Shown: positions 46,854-57,580, counted from the first letter of the stretch. The stretch: DNA of 59,159 nucleotides from Mediterranea sp. (GCA_031261805.1 JAISIX010000059.1:1-59159); one strand, 5' to 3'. A program made the numbers and translations. The notes: generated from the letters alone by a model not told the origin.

Positions 46854-49259
46854 ATGGAAAGAATGATGAATAACAAAGTAAAGAGAAACAAGATACAAAG
46901 GGTAGGTATCCTACTCGCCTTGGCAGCCCTGACCGGCTGCCAAGCCCCCAAGGAGGCCGACCTCACGGCGTACGTCAACCCCAACATCGGCACCGTGCAC
47001 AGCCGCTGGTTCTTCTACACACCGGCGGCCGCGCCCTTCGGCATGGCCAAGCTGGCCCCCTCCACCAACGGCACATACGGCAACAAGCAAGGCTGGGAGG
47101 CCGTGGGGTACGACGACCGGCAGACCTCCATCGACGGTTTCCCCTGCCTGCACGAGTTCCAGGTGGGAGGCATCGCCCTGATGCCCACCACCGGAGAGGT
47201 GAAGACCACGCCGGGTACGCTCGAGGACCCCGACGGTGGCTTTCGCTCCCGCTTCGACAAAAAAGACGAGACGGCACACCCGGGATACTACTCGGTGCTG
47301 CTGAAGGACTACGGCGTGAAGGCGGAGCTGACGGCCACGGCACGCGTGGGCTTCCAGCGCTACACCTTCCCACAGTCGGACCAGGCGCATATCCTCTTCA
47401 ACATCGGCAACCGGCAAGGCGAAAGCGGAGCCGTGCGCGACGCCTACATCCGGCAGGCGGACAGCCAAACCGTGGAGGGCTACGTGGTGACCGAACCCGA
47501 ATACGTAAAAAAGTACCAGGCGGGAGCGTCGGTGTCCATGTACTTCTACGCCAAGCTTGACAAGGCGCCCGAATCGGCCGACGTGTTCTACCAAGACAGT
47601 ACGCTGACGGCCGGCAGGGAGATAAAAGGGCCGGGGGCCATCCTCTGCCTCAACTACCGCACCACCAAGGACGAAACCGTCAACGTGAAAATCGGACTGT
47701 CGTACACCTCCATCGCCAACGCCAAGCTGAACCTCGAGACAGAGGCCCGGACGCTGACCTTCGACGAGGCCTGCCGCGCCACGAAGGCGAAGTGGAACGA
47801 GGGGCTGAACCGCATCCGCGTATCGGGCGGACGGGAGACGGACAAGGTGAAGTTCTACACCGGCCTCTACCACGCCCTGCTGGGACGCGGGCTGGCCAGC
47901 GACGTGAACGGCGCTTACCCCAAGAACGACGGCACCATCGGGCAAATCCCGCTCGACAAGGAGGGCAAGCCACGCTTCAACCACTACAACACCGACGCGA
48001 TATGGGGTGGCTACTGGAACCTGACGCAGCTGTGGGCGCTGGCCTATCCGGAGTACTACAACGACTTCGTCAACAGCCAACTGCTGGTGTACAAAGACGC
48101 CAGATGGCTGGGCGACGGCATAGCCGCCAGCCGCTACGTGTCGGGTGTGGGCACCAACATGGTGAGCATCGCGCTGGCCGGGGCCTACAACAGCGGCATC
48201 CGGGGGTACGACGTGCAGACGGCCTACCAAGCGGCCCTGAAGAACGAGCTGGGCTGGCAGGGACGCATCGAAGGAGCCGGCAAGATGGACGTGAAGCAGT
48301 TCATCGACAAGGGATACGTGCCGTACGAGAACACCCAGTTCTTCGGCACCCATGCCGGCGGGTCGAGCTTCTCGGTGTCGCACACGCTGGAGTACTGCTT
48401 CAGCGCCTACGCCGTGGCGCAATGGGCCAAGGCACTGGGACACACGGCGGACTACGAGCAGCTGATGAAGCTCTCCGACGGCTGGGAGCAACTGTTCGAC
48501 GACACGCTGAAGATGATTCGCCCACGGGTACCCGACGGAGCGTTCATCGACCACTTCAACCCGCTGGAGTCGTGGCGGGGCTTCCAAGAGGGCAACGCCA
48601 TGCAGTACACCTTCTTCGTGCCCGAGAACCCGGCACGCCTGATAGCCAGGATGGGACAGGCGGAGTTCAACCACCGGCTGGACTCCATCTTCACCGAGGC
48701 CCGCAAGTCGGTGTTCGGCGGCGGGAAGGAGAGCGACGCCTTTGCCGGCATCCAAAGCCCTTACAACCACGGCAACCAGCCCAGCCTGCACATCCCCTGG
48801 CTGTTCAACTTCTCCGGCAAGCCATACCTCACGCAGAAGTGGACACGGCTCATCTGCGATGAGTTCTACGGCACCACCCCCGAGCATGGCTATGGCTACG
48901 GACAGGACGAGGACCAAGGACAGCTGGGGGCCTGGTACGTGATGGCGGCCATGGGCTTGTTCGACGTGCAAGGCGGTGCCTGCGCCCGGCCCACGTTCCA
49001 GATAGGCAGCCCGCTCTTCGACCGCATAGAGATAAAGCTCAACCCGATGAACGCCACGGGCCGTACCTTGGTGATAGAGGCGGCCGGCAACACGCCCGAC
49101 GCCTACTACGTGCAGTCGGCCACCTGGAACGGCAAGCCGTGGGACCAATGCTGGCTCTACCGCGACGAGCTGTACAAAGGGGGGACGCTACGACTGACCA
49201 TGGGCAAACGACCCAACGAGACGTGGGGAGCCACTACCCCACCCCCGGTATCGGACTAA
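46854..49259 (+). CDS. GH92 alpha-mannosidase, lipoprotein
   Basis: Lipobox LTGC, YVNPNIGT, PGYYSV, FYTGLYH, YNHGNQP, QDEDQGQLGAWYV. Confidence 0.93.
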   Translation: MERMMNNKVKRNKIQRVGILLALAALTGCQAPKEADLTAYVNPNIGTVHSRWFFYTPAAAPFGMAKLAPSTNGTYGNKQGWEAVGYDDRQTSIDGFPCLHEFQVGGIALMPTTGEVKTTPGTLEDPDGGFRSRFDKKDETAHPGYYSVLLKDYGVKAELTATARVGFQRYTFPQSDQAHILFNIGNRQGESGAVRDAYIRQADSQTVEGYVVTEPEYVKKYQAGASVSMYFYAKLDKAPESADVFYQDSTLTAGREIKGPGAILCLNYRTTKDETVNVKIGLSYTSIANAKLNLETEARTLTFDEACRATKAKWNEGLNRIRVSGGRETDKVKFYTGLYHALLGRGLASDVNGAYPKNDGTIGQIPLDKEGKPRFNHYNTDAIWGGYWNLTQLWALAYPEYYNDFVNSQLLVYKDARWLGDGIAASRYVSGVGTNMVSIALAGAYNSGIRGYDVQTAYQAALKNELGWQGRIEGAGKMDVKQFIDKGYVPYENTQFFGTHAGGSSFSVSHTLEYCFSAYAVAQWAKALGHTADYEQLMKLSDGWEQLFDDTLKMIRPRVPDGAFIDHFNPLESWRGFQEGNAMQYTFFVPENPARLIARMGQAEFNHRLDSIFTEARKSVFGGGKESDAFAGIQSPYNHGNQPSLHIPWLFNFSGKPYLTQKWTRLICDEFYGTTPEHGYGYGQDEDQGQLGAWYVMAAMGLFDVQGGACARPTFQIGSPLFDRIEIKLNPMNATGRTLVIEAAGNTPDAYYVQSATWNGKPWDQCWLYRDELYKGGTLRLTMGKRPNETWGATTPPPVSD

Positions 49260-49274
49260 AACAAGGAGGCACGC

Positions 49275-50438
49275 ATGAAAAAGAGACATTCGATAACTGC
49301 CCTGATGCCCGTATTGTTCGGGTTCTTCATCATGGGCTTCTGCGACATCGTCGGCATCTCGTCGGACTATGTACAACGCGCCTTCCAGTGGTCGTCGGGC
49401 ATGACGGGCTTCGTGCCTTCGCTCGTGTTCATCTGGTTCCTGTTCCTGGGCATCCCCGTCGGCAACCGGATGAACCGATGGGGGCGCAAGAACACCGTAC
49501 TACTCAGCATGGGCATCACGGTGGTGGGCATGTTGCTGCCACTGCTGGCCTACAATAGCGCCACCTGCATGGCCGCCTACGCCCTGCTGGGGATAGGCAA
49601 CGCCATCCTCCAGGTATCGCTCAACCCGCTACTGAGCAACGTGGTGACCAACCAACGCCTGCTCACCAGCAGCCTCACCGCCGGGCAGGTCATCAAGGCG
49701 GTATCGTCGCTGCTGGGACCCGAAATCGTGATGCTGGCCGTGTCGCACTACGGCGAGGAGCATTGGTACTACTGCTTCCCCATCCTCGGCGGCATCACCT
49801 TGCTCTCGGCATTATGGCTGGTGCTAAGCCCCATCAGGCGGGAAGAGGCCTCCAACCCTTCGCAGGCCATCTCGATAGGCGACACGTTCGGCTTACTGAA
49901 AGACCGCACCATCCTGCTCCTGTTCCTGGGCATCTTCTTCATCGTAGGTGTCGACGTGGCCACCAACTTTATCAGCTCCAAGCTGATGGCCGCACGCTTC
50001 GGATGGACGGAGGCGGAAGTGAAGTTCGCACCGCAGGTCTACTTCTTGAGCCGCACCGTAGGGGCTTTGCTGGGCGCTTTCCTACTCACCCGCCTCTCCT
50101 CCATCAAGTACTTTCAGGTCAACATCCTCGCCTGCATAGCCTCGCTGCTGGCATTGGCCTTCGTGGAGAATAGCATCGCCAACTTAGCCTGCATCGGCGG
50201 CGTAGGCTTCTTCGCCTCCTCCGTATTCTCCATCATCTACGCCATGGCCCTACAGGCTAAGCCACGGAAGGCCAACCAAATATCCGGGCTGATGATTACG
50301 GCCGTGGCCGGCGGAGGTGTCGTGACCCCTGTACTGGGATTCGCCATTGGAGCCATCGGCATCGTAGGCGGAGTGTATGTAGTATTGGCTTGCGTGCTCT
50401 ACCTCACGTATTGCGCGTTCGGGGTGCGGCTGGAGTAA
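49275..50438 (+). CDS. MFS sugar transporter (FucP/GluP-like)
   Basis: About 12 TMs, GRKNTV, GNAILQVSLNPLL, SGLMITAVAGG. Confidence 0.9.
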   Translation: MKKRHSITALMPVLFGFFIMGFCDIVGISSDYVQRAFQWSSGMTGFVPSLVFIWFLFLGIPVGNRMNRWGRKNTVLLSMGITVVGMLLPLLAYNSATCMAAYALLGIGNAILQVSLNPLLSNVVTNQRLLTSSLTAGQVIKAVSSLLGPEIVMLAVSHYGEEHWYYCFPILGGITLLSALWLVLSPIRREEASNPSQAISIGDTFGLLKDRTILLLFLGIFFIVGVDVATNFISSKLMAARFGWTEAEVKFAPQVYFLSRTVGALLGAFLLTRLSSIKYFQVNILACIASLLALAFVENSIANLACIGGVGFFASSVFSIIYAMALQAKPRKANQISGLMITAVAGGGVVTPVLGFAIGAIGIVGGVYVVLACVLYLTYCAFGVRLE

Positions 50439-50462
50439 ACAGGTTCGACTTCAGAGGCTATC

Positions 50463-50524
50463 ATACAGAGATTCCCACCGATTATTGTCTCATGCAGACT
50501 AATAATCGGTGGGAATCTCTGTAT
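50463..50524. terminator. 24-bp perfect inverted repeat between convergent genes
   Basis: atacagagattcccaccgattatt (50463-50486) pairs with aataatcggtgggaatctctgtat (50501-50524). Confidence 0.8.
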
Positions 50525-50551
50525 ATTATTGGCGATAGTGACCGCCCCCGG

Positions 50552-51181
50552 CTACAGTTCCAGCTTCTTTGTCACGAACTCCTCGATGAAGCGGATGGTG
50601 CCGTCGATGCCCAAACAGGAGGAGTCGATGCAGAGGTGGTAGGTGGAGGCTGCCCCCCACGTATTGTAGCTATAATAATTGTAATACTCGGAACGTTGCT
50701 TGTCGGCCTTCTCTATCATCCCTTCGGCTACCTCGGCGGTGATGGAGTGCATCTTCTGCAGGCGAGCCACACGGTCTTCCTTGGTAGAGGAGATGAAGAT
50801 GTTGACGCAGCGGGGATGCTCGCGCAGGATGTAGTCGGCACAACGCCCTACGAAGAGGCACGACTTCTCCGCGGCCAAACGGCGGATGACATCGCTCTGC
50901 ACCTTAAACAACGCGTCATTGCTCAAACAGTTGGTGGAAGAGATGGCTCCCTCGCTGATGAATGGGAAGCGCAGGCCGAAGAGGCCGCTCATAATCCCTT
51001 GCGAGGCTTTCTCGTCGGCTTTCTCGAAGAACTCTCGGCAAAGCCCACTGTCTTCGGACGCCAGGTTTATCAACTCTTTATCATAGAAATCAATGCCCAG
51101 ACGGGCGGCCAGCTTCTCGCCTATCTCTCGGCCGCCGCTACCCAGCTGACGGCCAATGTTGATAACATAATGACCATTCAT
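50552..51181 (-). CDS. Cytidylate kinase-like family protein
   Basis: INIGRQLGSGGREIG, FVGRCADYIL, YHLCIDSS. Confidence 0.88.
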   Translation of the reverse strand: MNGHYVINIGRQLGSGGREIGEKLAARLGIDFYDKELINLASEDSGLCREFFEKADEKASQGIMSGLFGLRFPFISEGAISSTNCLSNDALFKVQSDVIRRLAAEKSCLFVGRCADYILREHPRCVNIFISSTKEDRVARLQKMHSITAEVAEGMIEKADKQRSEYYNYYSYNTWGAASTYHLCIDSSCLGIDGTIRFIEEFVTKKLEL

Positions 51182-51273
51182 CGTTACTTGTTTTTATGGA
51201 TTGGGGGAGCAAACTTACGGATTATTTCTGAGAACGTCAATATCCTTCCGTCCCTAATTTGACGTAGGGGCAT

Positions 51274-51338
51274 AAAAAAAGGCTATCTTCCCAGACAGCC
51301 AATCTTTGTTAACCTTAAATCTAATACTATGAAAAACA
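51274..51338 (-). ncRNA. Putative small RNA, paralog copy 2 (FopS-like)
   Basis: Shares its core with 11234-11299. Hairpin 51281-51300 plus U-tract on the minus strand. Ends approximate. Confidence 0.7.
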
Positions 51339-51343
51339 CAGTG

Positions 51344-51407
51344 CAAAGATACGGACTTTCGGCAACTCTCCAAACTTATCGCCCTAAAAAGTATGTTTTA
51401 TAACATC
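51344..51407 (-). promoter_or_regulatory. Promoter TTTG-N19-TATCTTTG plus upstream Cur/BT4338-like palindrome TATGTTTTATAACATC
   Basis: caaagata 51344-51351, caaa 51371-51374, palindrome at 51392-51407. Confidence 0.6.
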
Positions 51408-51469
51408 GTTTAGCGATTTACCCCGTCGCTTAACAGATAAGGCTATTCCGTTAACATTTCACTGCATCC

Positions 51470-52276
51470 TTAAACCTTTCCCGTAGGGAGCTTGCCTCCA
51501 GCCAAGGTTTGCCCCGCTTCACTTACCTCTACCTCACGCACCTTGCGCAACAGGTCGGAAGCGAAGATGAAGTTGTTCAGCCGCTCGTTGGATGAGGTGA
51601 AGACATCGTCCTTGGTGCCTTCCCACTCCTTGTGCCCCTCGTAGATGTAGATGACCTTCTCGCCAATGCCCATCACGGAGTTCATATCGTGTGTATTGAT
51701 GATGGTGGTCATGTTGTACTCGTGGGTGATGTCGTGTATCAACTCGTCAATCACCAGCGACGTTTTGGGGTCGAGACCGGAGTTTGGCTCGTCGCAAAAG
51801 AGGTATTGGGGATTCAGGGCGATGGCACGGGCAATGGCCACACGCTTCTGCATACCGCCGCTTATCTCGCCGGGGTACTTGTCCTGCGCCTCGACAAGGT
51901 TCACACGATCGAGACAGAAGAGGGCACGCTTCGTCCGATCACGAAGGTTGTCGTTGCTGAACATATTGAGGGGGAACATCACGTTCTCCAGCACGGTCAT
52001 CGAGTCGAAGAGGGCCGCACTCTGGAATATCATGCCCATCTCGCTCCGCAGTGTCTTCCGCACCTTTTTGTCCATGCACACAAAGTCACGCCCATCGTAC
52101 AGCACATTGCCCTGTTCGGGGGTAAGCAAACCTACGATGCACTTCATCAGCACCGTCTTGCCCGAGCCGCTCTGCCCGATGATGAGGTTCGTCTTGCCAT
52201 TCTCGAAAGTGGCGTTGATGTCTTCGAGCACTGTCTTGTCCTCGAAGGACTTATATAGGTCTTTTATTTCAATCAT
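51470..52276 (-). CDS. ABC transporter ATPase, MlaF-like
   Basis: GQSGSGKT, FQSAALFDS, ISGGMQKRVAIARA, CDEPNSGLDP; coupled to an MlaE-like gene. Confidence 0.9.
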   Translation of the reverse strand: MIEIKDLYKSFEDKTVLEDINATFENGKTNLIIGQSGSGKTVLMKCIVGLLTPEQGNVLYDGRDFVCMDKKVRKTLRSEMGMIFQSAALFDSMTVLENVMFPLNMFSNDNLRDRTKRALFCLDRVNLVEAQDKYPGEISGGMQKRVAIARAIALNPQYLFCDEPNSGLDPKTSLVIDELIHDITHEYNMTTIINTHDMNSVMGIGEKVIYIYEGHKEWEGTKDDVFTSSNERLNNFIFASDLLRKVREVEVSEAGQTLAGGKLPTGKV

Positions 52277-53016
52277 CCCATCAAGAGTTTAGTCAATACA
52301 AGGTCGGCAAAGAGAATGAGTACGCTACTGCACACCACCGCGTCGGTCGATGCCTTGCCCACGGCGATGGAACCTCCATCTACCGTATAGCCGAAGAAGG
52401 CCGCCACGCTGGAGATGATGAAGGCGAAGAAGAGCGACTTGATGATGCCTGCCCACACAAACCACTCCACAAACATGTACTGGAGTCCACCCTCCAAATC
52501 GACAGCGTTCATGATGCCCACAAACCAGCAGGTACAGAAGGCACCGATGATACCGGCAAAGATACTGAACGTGACGAGGATGGGGATGACGGTGATCATG
52601 GCCGTAATCTTGGGCAGTATGAGGTAGCAGGCCGAGTTGATGCCCATAATCTCGAGGGCGTCAATCTGCTGTGTCACCCGCATCGTACCCAGCTCGGAGG
52701 CGATATTGGAGCCTACCTTACCCGCCAAGATAAGACACATGATAGAGGAGGAGAACTCAAGCAACATGATTTCGCGCGTAACGTATCCCACCGTCCAACG
52801 GGGCATCCACGGGCTTTCAATGTTCAACTTGATTTGAATGGTTATTACGGCACCGATAAAGAAAGAAATCAGTAGCACGATGCCAATAGAGTTGACACCC
52901 AACTGCTCCATCTCCTTGAGGTACTGCCGGAAGAACATACGCATCCGCTCTGGGCGGGCGAAGGTACGTCCCATCAGCATGAAATACCGGCCGAGGGTTC
53001 TTAAAGCTTTTATCAT
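52273..53016 (-). CDS. MlaE-family ABC permease
   Basis: AGKVGSNIASELGTMRVTQQIDALEIMG, VGKASTDAVV. Confidence 0.92.
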   Translation of the reverse strand: MIKALRTLGRYFMLMGRTFARPERMRMFFRQYLKEMEQLGVNSIGIVLLISFFIGAVITIQIKLNIESPWMPRWTVGYVTREIMLLEFSSSIMCLILAGKVGSNIASELGTMRVTQQIDALEIMGINSACYLILPKITAMITVIPILVTFSIFAGIIGAFCTCWFVGIMNAVDLEGGLQYMFVEWFVWAGIIKSLFFAFIISSVAAFFGYTVDGGSIAVGKASTDAVVCSSVLILFADLVLTKLLMG

Positions 53017-53035
53017 AACTCACATTATTTGGCTG

Positions 53036-53072
53036 CAAATGTAACTCTTTTCGGCCTATTTTCGTACATTTG
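53036..53072. promoter_or_regulatory. Back-to-back TACATTTG -7 elements for divergent mlaE and lptB
   Basis: caaatgta 53036-53043 and tacatttg 53065-53072. Confidence 0.6.
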
Positions 53073-53090
53073 CCGCAAATAAAGAACGGT

Positions 53091-53852
53091 ATGGAAGATA
53101 ACAGGATGGTGCTTCGCACCGAGAACTTGGTTAAGAAATATGGTAAGCGAACAGTCGTCAGCCATGTCTCCATCGACGTGAAACAGGGGGAGATAGTAGG
53201 ATTGCTCGGGCCGAACGGTGCCGGCAAGACCACCTCTTTCTACATGACCGTGGGATTGATTACCCCCAACGAGGGGCGTATCTTCCTCAACGACTTGGAG
53301 ATAACCAAATACCCTGTCTACAAACGGGCACAGACGGGTATCGGCTATTTGGCCCAAGAGGCCTCTGTCTTCCGCCAGATGAGCGTGGAGGACAACATTG
53401 CCTCTGTGCTCGAGATGACCAACAAGCCTAAAGAATACCAGAAAGAGAAGTTGGAAAGCCTCATTGCCGAGTTCCGCCTCGAGAAGGTGCGCAAGAACAA
53501 AGGCAACCAGCTATCGGGAGGCGAACGCCGACGTACGGAGATAGCCCGTTGCCTTGCTATCGACCCGAAATTCATCATGCTCGACGAGCCGTTTGCCGGG
53601 GTCGACCCTATCGCCGTAGAGGACATCCAGCAGATAGTCTGGAAGCTGAAGGACAAAAACATCGGCATCCTCATCACCGACCACAACGTGCAAGAGACGC
53701 TTAGCATTACCGACCGCGCCTACCTGCTCTTCGAAGGCAAAATCCTCTTCCAAGGCACACCCGAGGAACTGGCCGAGAACCAGATTGTACGCGAGAAGTA
53801 CCTGAGTAACAGCTTCGTGCTGCGCCGCAAGGACTTCCAGCTGGAGAAATAA
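53091..53852 (+). CDS. lptB: LPS export ABC ATPase LptB
   Basis: [48 protein letters not shown]. Confidence 0.95.
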   Translation: MEDNRMVLRTENLVKKYGKRTVVSHVSIDVKQGEIVGLLGPNGAGKTTSFYMTVGLITPNEGRIFLNDLEITKYPVYKRAQTGIGYLAQEASVFRQMSVEDNIASVLEMTNKPKEYQKEKLESLIAEFRLEKVRKNKGNQLSGGERRRTEIARCLAIDPKFIMLDEPFAGVDPIAVEDIQQIVWKLKDKNIGILITDHNVQETLSITDRAYLLFEGKILFQGTPEELAENQIVREKYLSNSFVLRRKDFQLEK

Positions 53853-53868
53853 CATTCACACTCCTCTA

Positions 53869-53952
53869 ATAGAATACACAGAACCCCACCAAGTTCTCCT
53901 TCAACAGCATCACGCCGTAAAAGGGAACTTGGTGGGGTTCTGTGTATTCTAT
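53869..53952. repeat. 28-bp perfect inverted repeat (28-nt loop) between convergent lptB and der; likely bidirectional terminator or REP-like element
   Basis: atagaatacacagaaccccaccaagttc (53869-53896) pairs with gaacttggtggggttctgtgtattctat (53925-53952). Confidence 0.85.
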
Positions 53953-53971
53953 AGAGGGGAAGCCTTCAGCC

Positions 53972-55285
53972 TTACTTCTGCCTGATGAAGATATTAATCG
54001 GCGTACCCGTGAGTTGCCACTTCTCGCGCATCTTGTTCTCCAGGAAACGTTTATACGGTTCCTTCACGTATTGCGGCAGGTTGGCGAAGTAAACGAACGA
54101 CGGCACTTGCGTATTGGGCAACTGGGTGATGTACTTTATCTTGATGTACTTACCCTTGTTCGATGGGGGCGGATAAGCCTCTATCAGCGGAAGCATCTCC
54201 TCGTTCAAGCGGGCGGTGGGAATCTTCATCGTCTTATTCTCGTACACGGCACGGGCCTCTTCAAGCACCTTCAGGATGCGTTGCTTGGTCAGTGCCGAGG
54301 CGAAGATGATGGGGAAATCGACAAAGGGAGCGAAGCGGGAACGAACAGCGTCTTCGAAGGTTTTCATCACCTTCACCGTCTTGTCGGGCACCAAGTCCCA
54401 TTTGTTCACTACCACCACGATGCCCTTTTGGTTGCGCTGTATCAGCGAGAAGATGTTCAGGTCCTGGCTCTCGATGCCACGAGTGGCGTCAAGCATCAGG
54501 ATACATACATCGGCATTCTCAATAGCTCGGATGGAACGCACCACGGAGTAGTACTCCAAGTCCTCGTTCACCTTGTTTTTCTTACGAATACCGGCGGTGT
54601 CGACCAAGTAGAAGTCGAAACCGAACTTATTGTAACGAGTATAGATAGAATCGCGCGTGGTACCGGCAATCTCCGTCACGATGTTACGGTCCTCGCCAAT
54701 GAAGGCGTTGACGATGGACGACTTGCCTGCATTGGGTCGGCCTACCACGGCAAAGCGTGGGATGTCATCGTCGAGTATCTCGGCGTTCTCCTTGCTGAAC
54801 TTACTCACGATGAGGTCCATCAGGTCGCCCGTGCCACTACCCGACACAGCCGAGATGCAGTTCGGGTCGCCCAAGCCCAGCTTGTAGAACTCGGCAGCGT
54901 TGTACTGCAGGTCGTAGTTGTCGGTCTTGTTAGCCACCACTATCACCGGCCTGTTGGCCCGGCGCAGGATGGTAGCCACTTGCGCGTCGAGGTCCGTCAG
55001 CCCATTCATCACATCCACCACAAAGAGGATGACATCGGCCTCCTCCACCGCCAGCAACACCTGCTTACGGATTTCTTCTTCAAACACATCGTCCGAGTTC
55101 ACCACCCAGCCGCCGGTGTCGACAATGGAGAACTCCCGTCCCAGCCATTCCGTCTTACCGTACTGTCGGTCGCGGGTGGTACCCGCCTCCTCGTTCACGA
55201 TGGCCCGGCGCGTCTGCGTCAGGCGGTTGAACAGGGTCGACTTGCCTACATTGGGGCGTCCTACTATCGCAACTAAATTACCCAT
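53972..55285 (-). CDS. der: Ribosome biogenesis GTPase Der
   Basis: Two G domains ([23 protein letters not shown] twice) and a KH-like C-terminus. Confidence 0.97.
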   Translation of the reverse strand: MGNLVAIVGRPNVGKSTLFNRLTQTRRAIVNEEAGTTRDRQYGKTEWLGREFSIVDTGGWVVNSDDVFEEEIRKQVLLAVEEADVILFVVDVMNGLTDLDAQVATILRRANRPVIVVANKTDNYDLQYNAAEFYKLGLGDPNCISAVSGSGTGDLMDLIVSKFSKENAEILDDDIPRFAVVGRPNAGKSSIVNAFIGEDRNIVTEIAGTTRDSIYTRYNKFGFDFYLVDTAGIRKKNKVNEDLEYYSVVRSIRAIENADVCILMLDATRGIESQDLNIFSLIQRNQKGIVVVVNKWDLVPDKTVKVMKTFEDAVRSRFAPFVDFPIIFASALTKQRILKVLEEARAVYENKTMKIPTARLNEEMLPLIEAYPPPSNKGKYIKIKYITQLPNTQVPSFVYFANLPQYVKEPYKRFLENKMREKWQLTGTPINIFIRQK

Positions 55286-55339
55286 AATCTCTTCAATACA
55301 TGTTTTAATGACGACACTCGCCGTCGCATGAATACATTC

Positions 55340-56221
55340 TTAATCCAACTGGTAGCCGAAGTGGCGGAGTTCGCGGTCCGAGCTACGCCAGTCCTTGTCT
55401 ACCTTCACATAGGTCTCCAGGAAGATGGTCTTCCCGAAGAAACGCTCCAAGGCACGGCGCGCCTCCGTGGCCACCTTCTTCAACGCCTTGCCTTGCTTAC
55501 CGATGATGATTCCCTTCTGCGAGTCGCGTTCCACGTAGATGACCGCCCGGATGACGATTTTCTTCGCCTCCTCCTTGAACTGCTCCACGCCCACCTCTAC
55601 CGAATAAGGAATCTCCTTGTCGTAATAGAGCAGGATTTTCTCACGAATAATCTCGGTAACGAAGAAACGCGCCGGCTTGTCCGTCCACTGGTCTTTGCCA
55701 AAATAGGGAGGCGAATCGGGGAGCAACGTTTGGATACGCTTCATCACATAGTCAACGTTAAACTTCGACTGTGCCGAGATGGGGATGATTTCCGCTTGCG
55801 GGATTTTCGCTTTCCACTCTTCCACCAAAGCCGTGAGCTTCTCCTGGTCGGTCAGGTCAATCTTGTTGATAAGCAACAGGATGGGCACCGTGAGGTGCTT
55901 TACCTTTTCCATGAAGTCGTTGTTCTTGTCGGGCGTCTCCACCACATCGGTCACATAAAGCAAGACATCGGCATCCACCAAAGCGGAGGTCGAGAAGTTC
56001 AGCATAGACTCTTGTAGCTTATAGTTGGGCTTGAGTACCCCCGGCGTATCGGAGAAGACAATCTGCATCTCCTCCGTATTATAGATACCCATGATACGGT
56101 GGCGGGTAGTCTGCGCCTTAAAGGTCGCTATCGAAATCCGCTCGCCCACCAAGGCGTTCATCAAGGTCGACTTCCCCACGTTGGGATTCCCTACGATATT
56201 CACAAAACCAGCTTTATGCAT
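55340..56221 (-). CDS. era: GTPase Era
   Basis: GNPNVGKST, QTTR, DTPG, NKID, KH domain GIIIGKQG. Confidence 0.97.
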   Translation of the reverse strand: MHKAGFVNIVGNPNVGKSTLMNALVGERISIATFKAQTTRHRIMGIYNTEEMQIVFSDTPGVLKPNYKLQESMLNFSTSALVDADVLLYVTDVVETPDKNNDFMEKVKHLTVPILLLINKIDLTDQEKLTALVEEWKAKIPQAEIIPISAQSKFNVDYVMKRIQTLLPDSPPYFGKDQWTDKPARFFVTEIIREKILLYYDKEIPYSVEVGVEQFKEEAKKIVIRAVIYVERDSQKGIIIGKQGKALKKVATEARRALERFFGKTIFLETYVKVDKDWRSSDRELRHFGYQLD

Positions 56222-56245
56222 CTCTTTATTTTATTTTGAGTGGAC

Positions 56246-56280
56246 AAAAAAACGCATCGAATCGAGATAGGATGCGTTTT
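56246..56280 (-). terminator. Terminator-like hairpin between fabH and era
   Basis: aaaacgcatc...gatgcgtttt stem with an A-run on + (U-tract on -). Confidence 0.6.
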
Positions 56281-56304
56281 CAAGTCTTTATGATTATTCG
56301 TCCA

Positions 56305-57312
56305 TTATGACTCTTTCTTTCCGTCATATCCCCACTTCACATAAACCGCGCCCCAAGTAAAACCGGCGCCAAAAGCCGTGAAGATGATATTGTCGCCTTT
56401 CTTCAGTTTGTCTTCAAAATCCCAAATACAAAGGGGAAGCGTACCTGCGCTGGTGTTGCCGAAGCGCTGTATGTCGACCAGCATCTTCTCCATAGGCACC
56501 TCCATGCGATGCGCCACAGCCTCAATGATACGAATGTTGGCTTGGTGAGGTACAATCCAATCGATACTATCTTTCGTCAGTCCATTCTTCTCCGCAATGG
56601 CCGCCGACACGTCCGACATGTTGGAAACGGCGTATTTGAACACCGTACGTCCCTCTTGGTGAAGGTAGTGCATCTTGTTGTAGACGGTGAAGTCGGAAGC
56701 CGGGCAAACCGAACCACCCGCCTTCATGTGCAGGAAGGGCAAGCCCTTTCCATCCGTCCGAAGAATAGAATCCATGATACCCACGTCCTCGGTAGTCGGC
56801 TCCACCATGAACGCGGCGGCACCATCGCCAAAGATAGGGCAGGTGGCACGGTCGGTGTAGTCTACGATAGACGACATCTTATCGGCCCCCACTATAATAA
56901 TCTTCTTGTACCTACCGGAACGGATGAAGTTGGCAGCCACTTCCATCAAATACAGAAATCCGCTACATGCGGCCTGCAAGTCGAAAGCGAACGCATTCTT
57001 CAACCCCAGCTTATCGCAAAGGATAGAGGCGGTAGAGGGGAAAGGATAATCCGGGGTGGTGGTAGCTACTACCACCAAGTCGATGTCATCAGGGTTAGCC
57101 CCGGTCTTTTTCATCAACTGTTTGGCGGCCTTGCGTGCCAGATAAGAAGTGCCCAATCCCTCTTCATTGAGGATATGGCGCTCTTTCACCCCGATACGGG
57201 TCATAATCCATTCGTCGTTGGTATCTACCATCTTTGATATCTCGTCGTTCGTCAAGATATAGTCGGGTATATAGCCACCTACGCCTGTGATTACAGCATT
57301 TATTTTATCCAT
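56305..57312 (-). CDS. fabH: Beta-ketoacyl-ACP synthase III
   Basis: [34 protein letters not shown]. Confidence 0.96.
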   Translation of the reverse strand: MDKINAVITGVGGYIPDYILTNDEISKMVDTNDEWIMTRIGVKERHILNEEGLGTSYLARKAAKQLMKKTGANPDDIDLVVVATTTPDYPFPSTASILCDKLGLKNAFAFDLQAACSGFLYLMEVAANFIRSGRYKKIIIVGADKMSSIVDYTDRATCPIFGDGAAAFMVEPTTEDVGIMDSILRTDGKGLPFLHMKAGGSVCPASDFTVYNKMHYLHQEGRTVFKYAVSNMSDVSAAIAEKNGLTKDSIDWIVPHQANIRIIEAVAHRMEVPMEKMLVDIQRFGNTSAGTLPLCIWDFEDKLKKGDNIIFTAFGAGFTWGAVYVKWGYDGKKES

Positions 57313-57394
57313 CAAAATCTAATTTTACAATATTCCTAATACCTAAAGCAGCCGGAGAGCTTACGCCCCCAGGCTGTTTTTAGTATAGCTGCAC

Positions 57395-57580
57395 TTAGAC
57401 AGCTGCTTCTTTCTCAATCGCAAGCTTACCGCGATAGTAGCCACAGGCACCACATACAGTGTGGTAAACGTGCCATTCTCCACAGTTCGGGCAGATAGCC
57501 AGTGTAGGCGCTACTGCCTTATCGTGGGTTCTTCTCTTCGCGGTTCTCGTCTTCGATTGTCTTCTCTTAGGATGTGCCAT
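57395..57580 (-). CDS. rpmF: 50S ribosomal protein L32
   Basis: MAHPKRRQSKTRTAKRR, CPNCG...CGACGYYRG. Confidence 0.97.
   Translation of the reverse strand: MAHPKRRQSKTRTAKRRTHDKAVAPTLAICPNCGEWHVYHTVCGACGYYRGKLAIEKEAAV

Noticed and set aside
46911-49148. 745-aa antisense ORF over GH92
   Set aside because: Shadow ORF of a well-supported gene.
53942-55276. 444-aa ORF antisense to der
   Set aside because: Mirror frame of a conserved essential gene.
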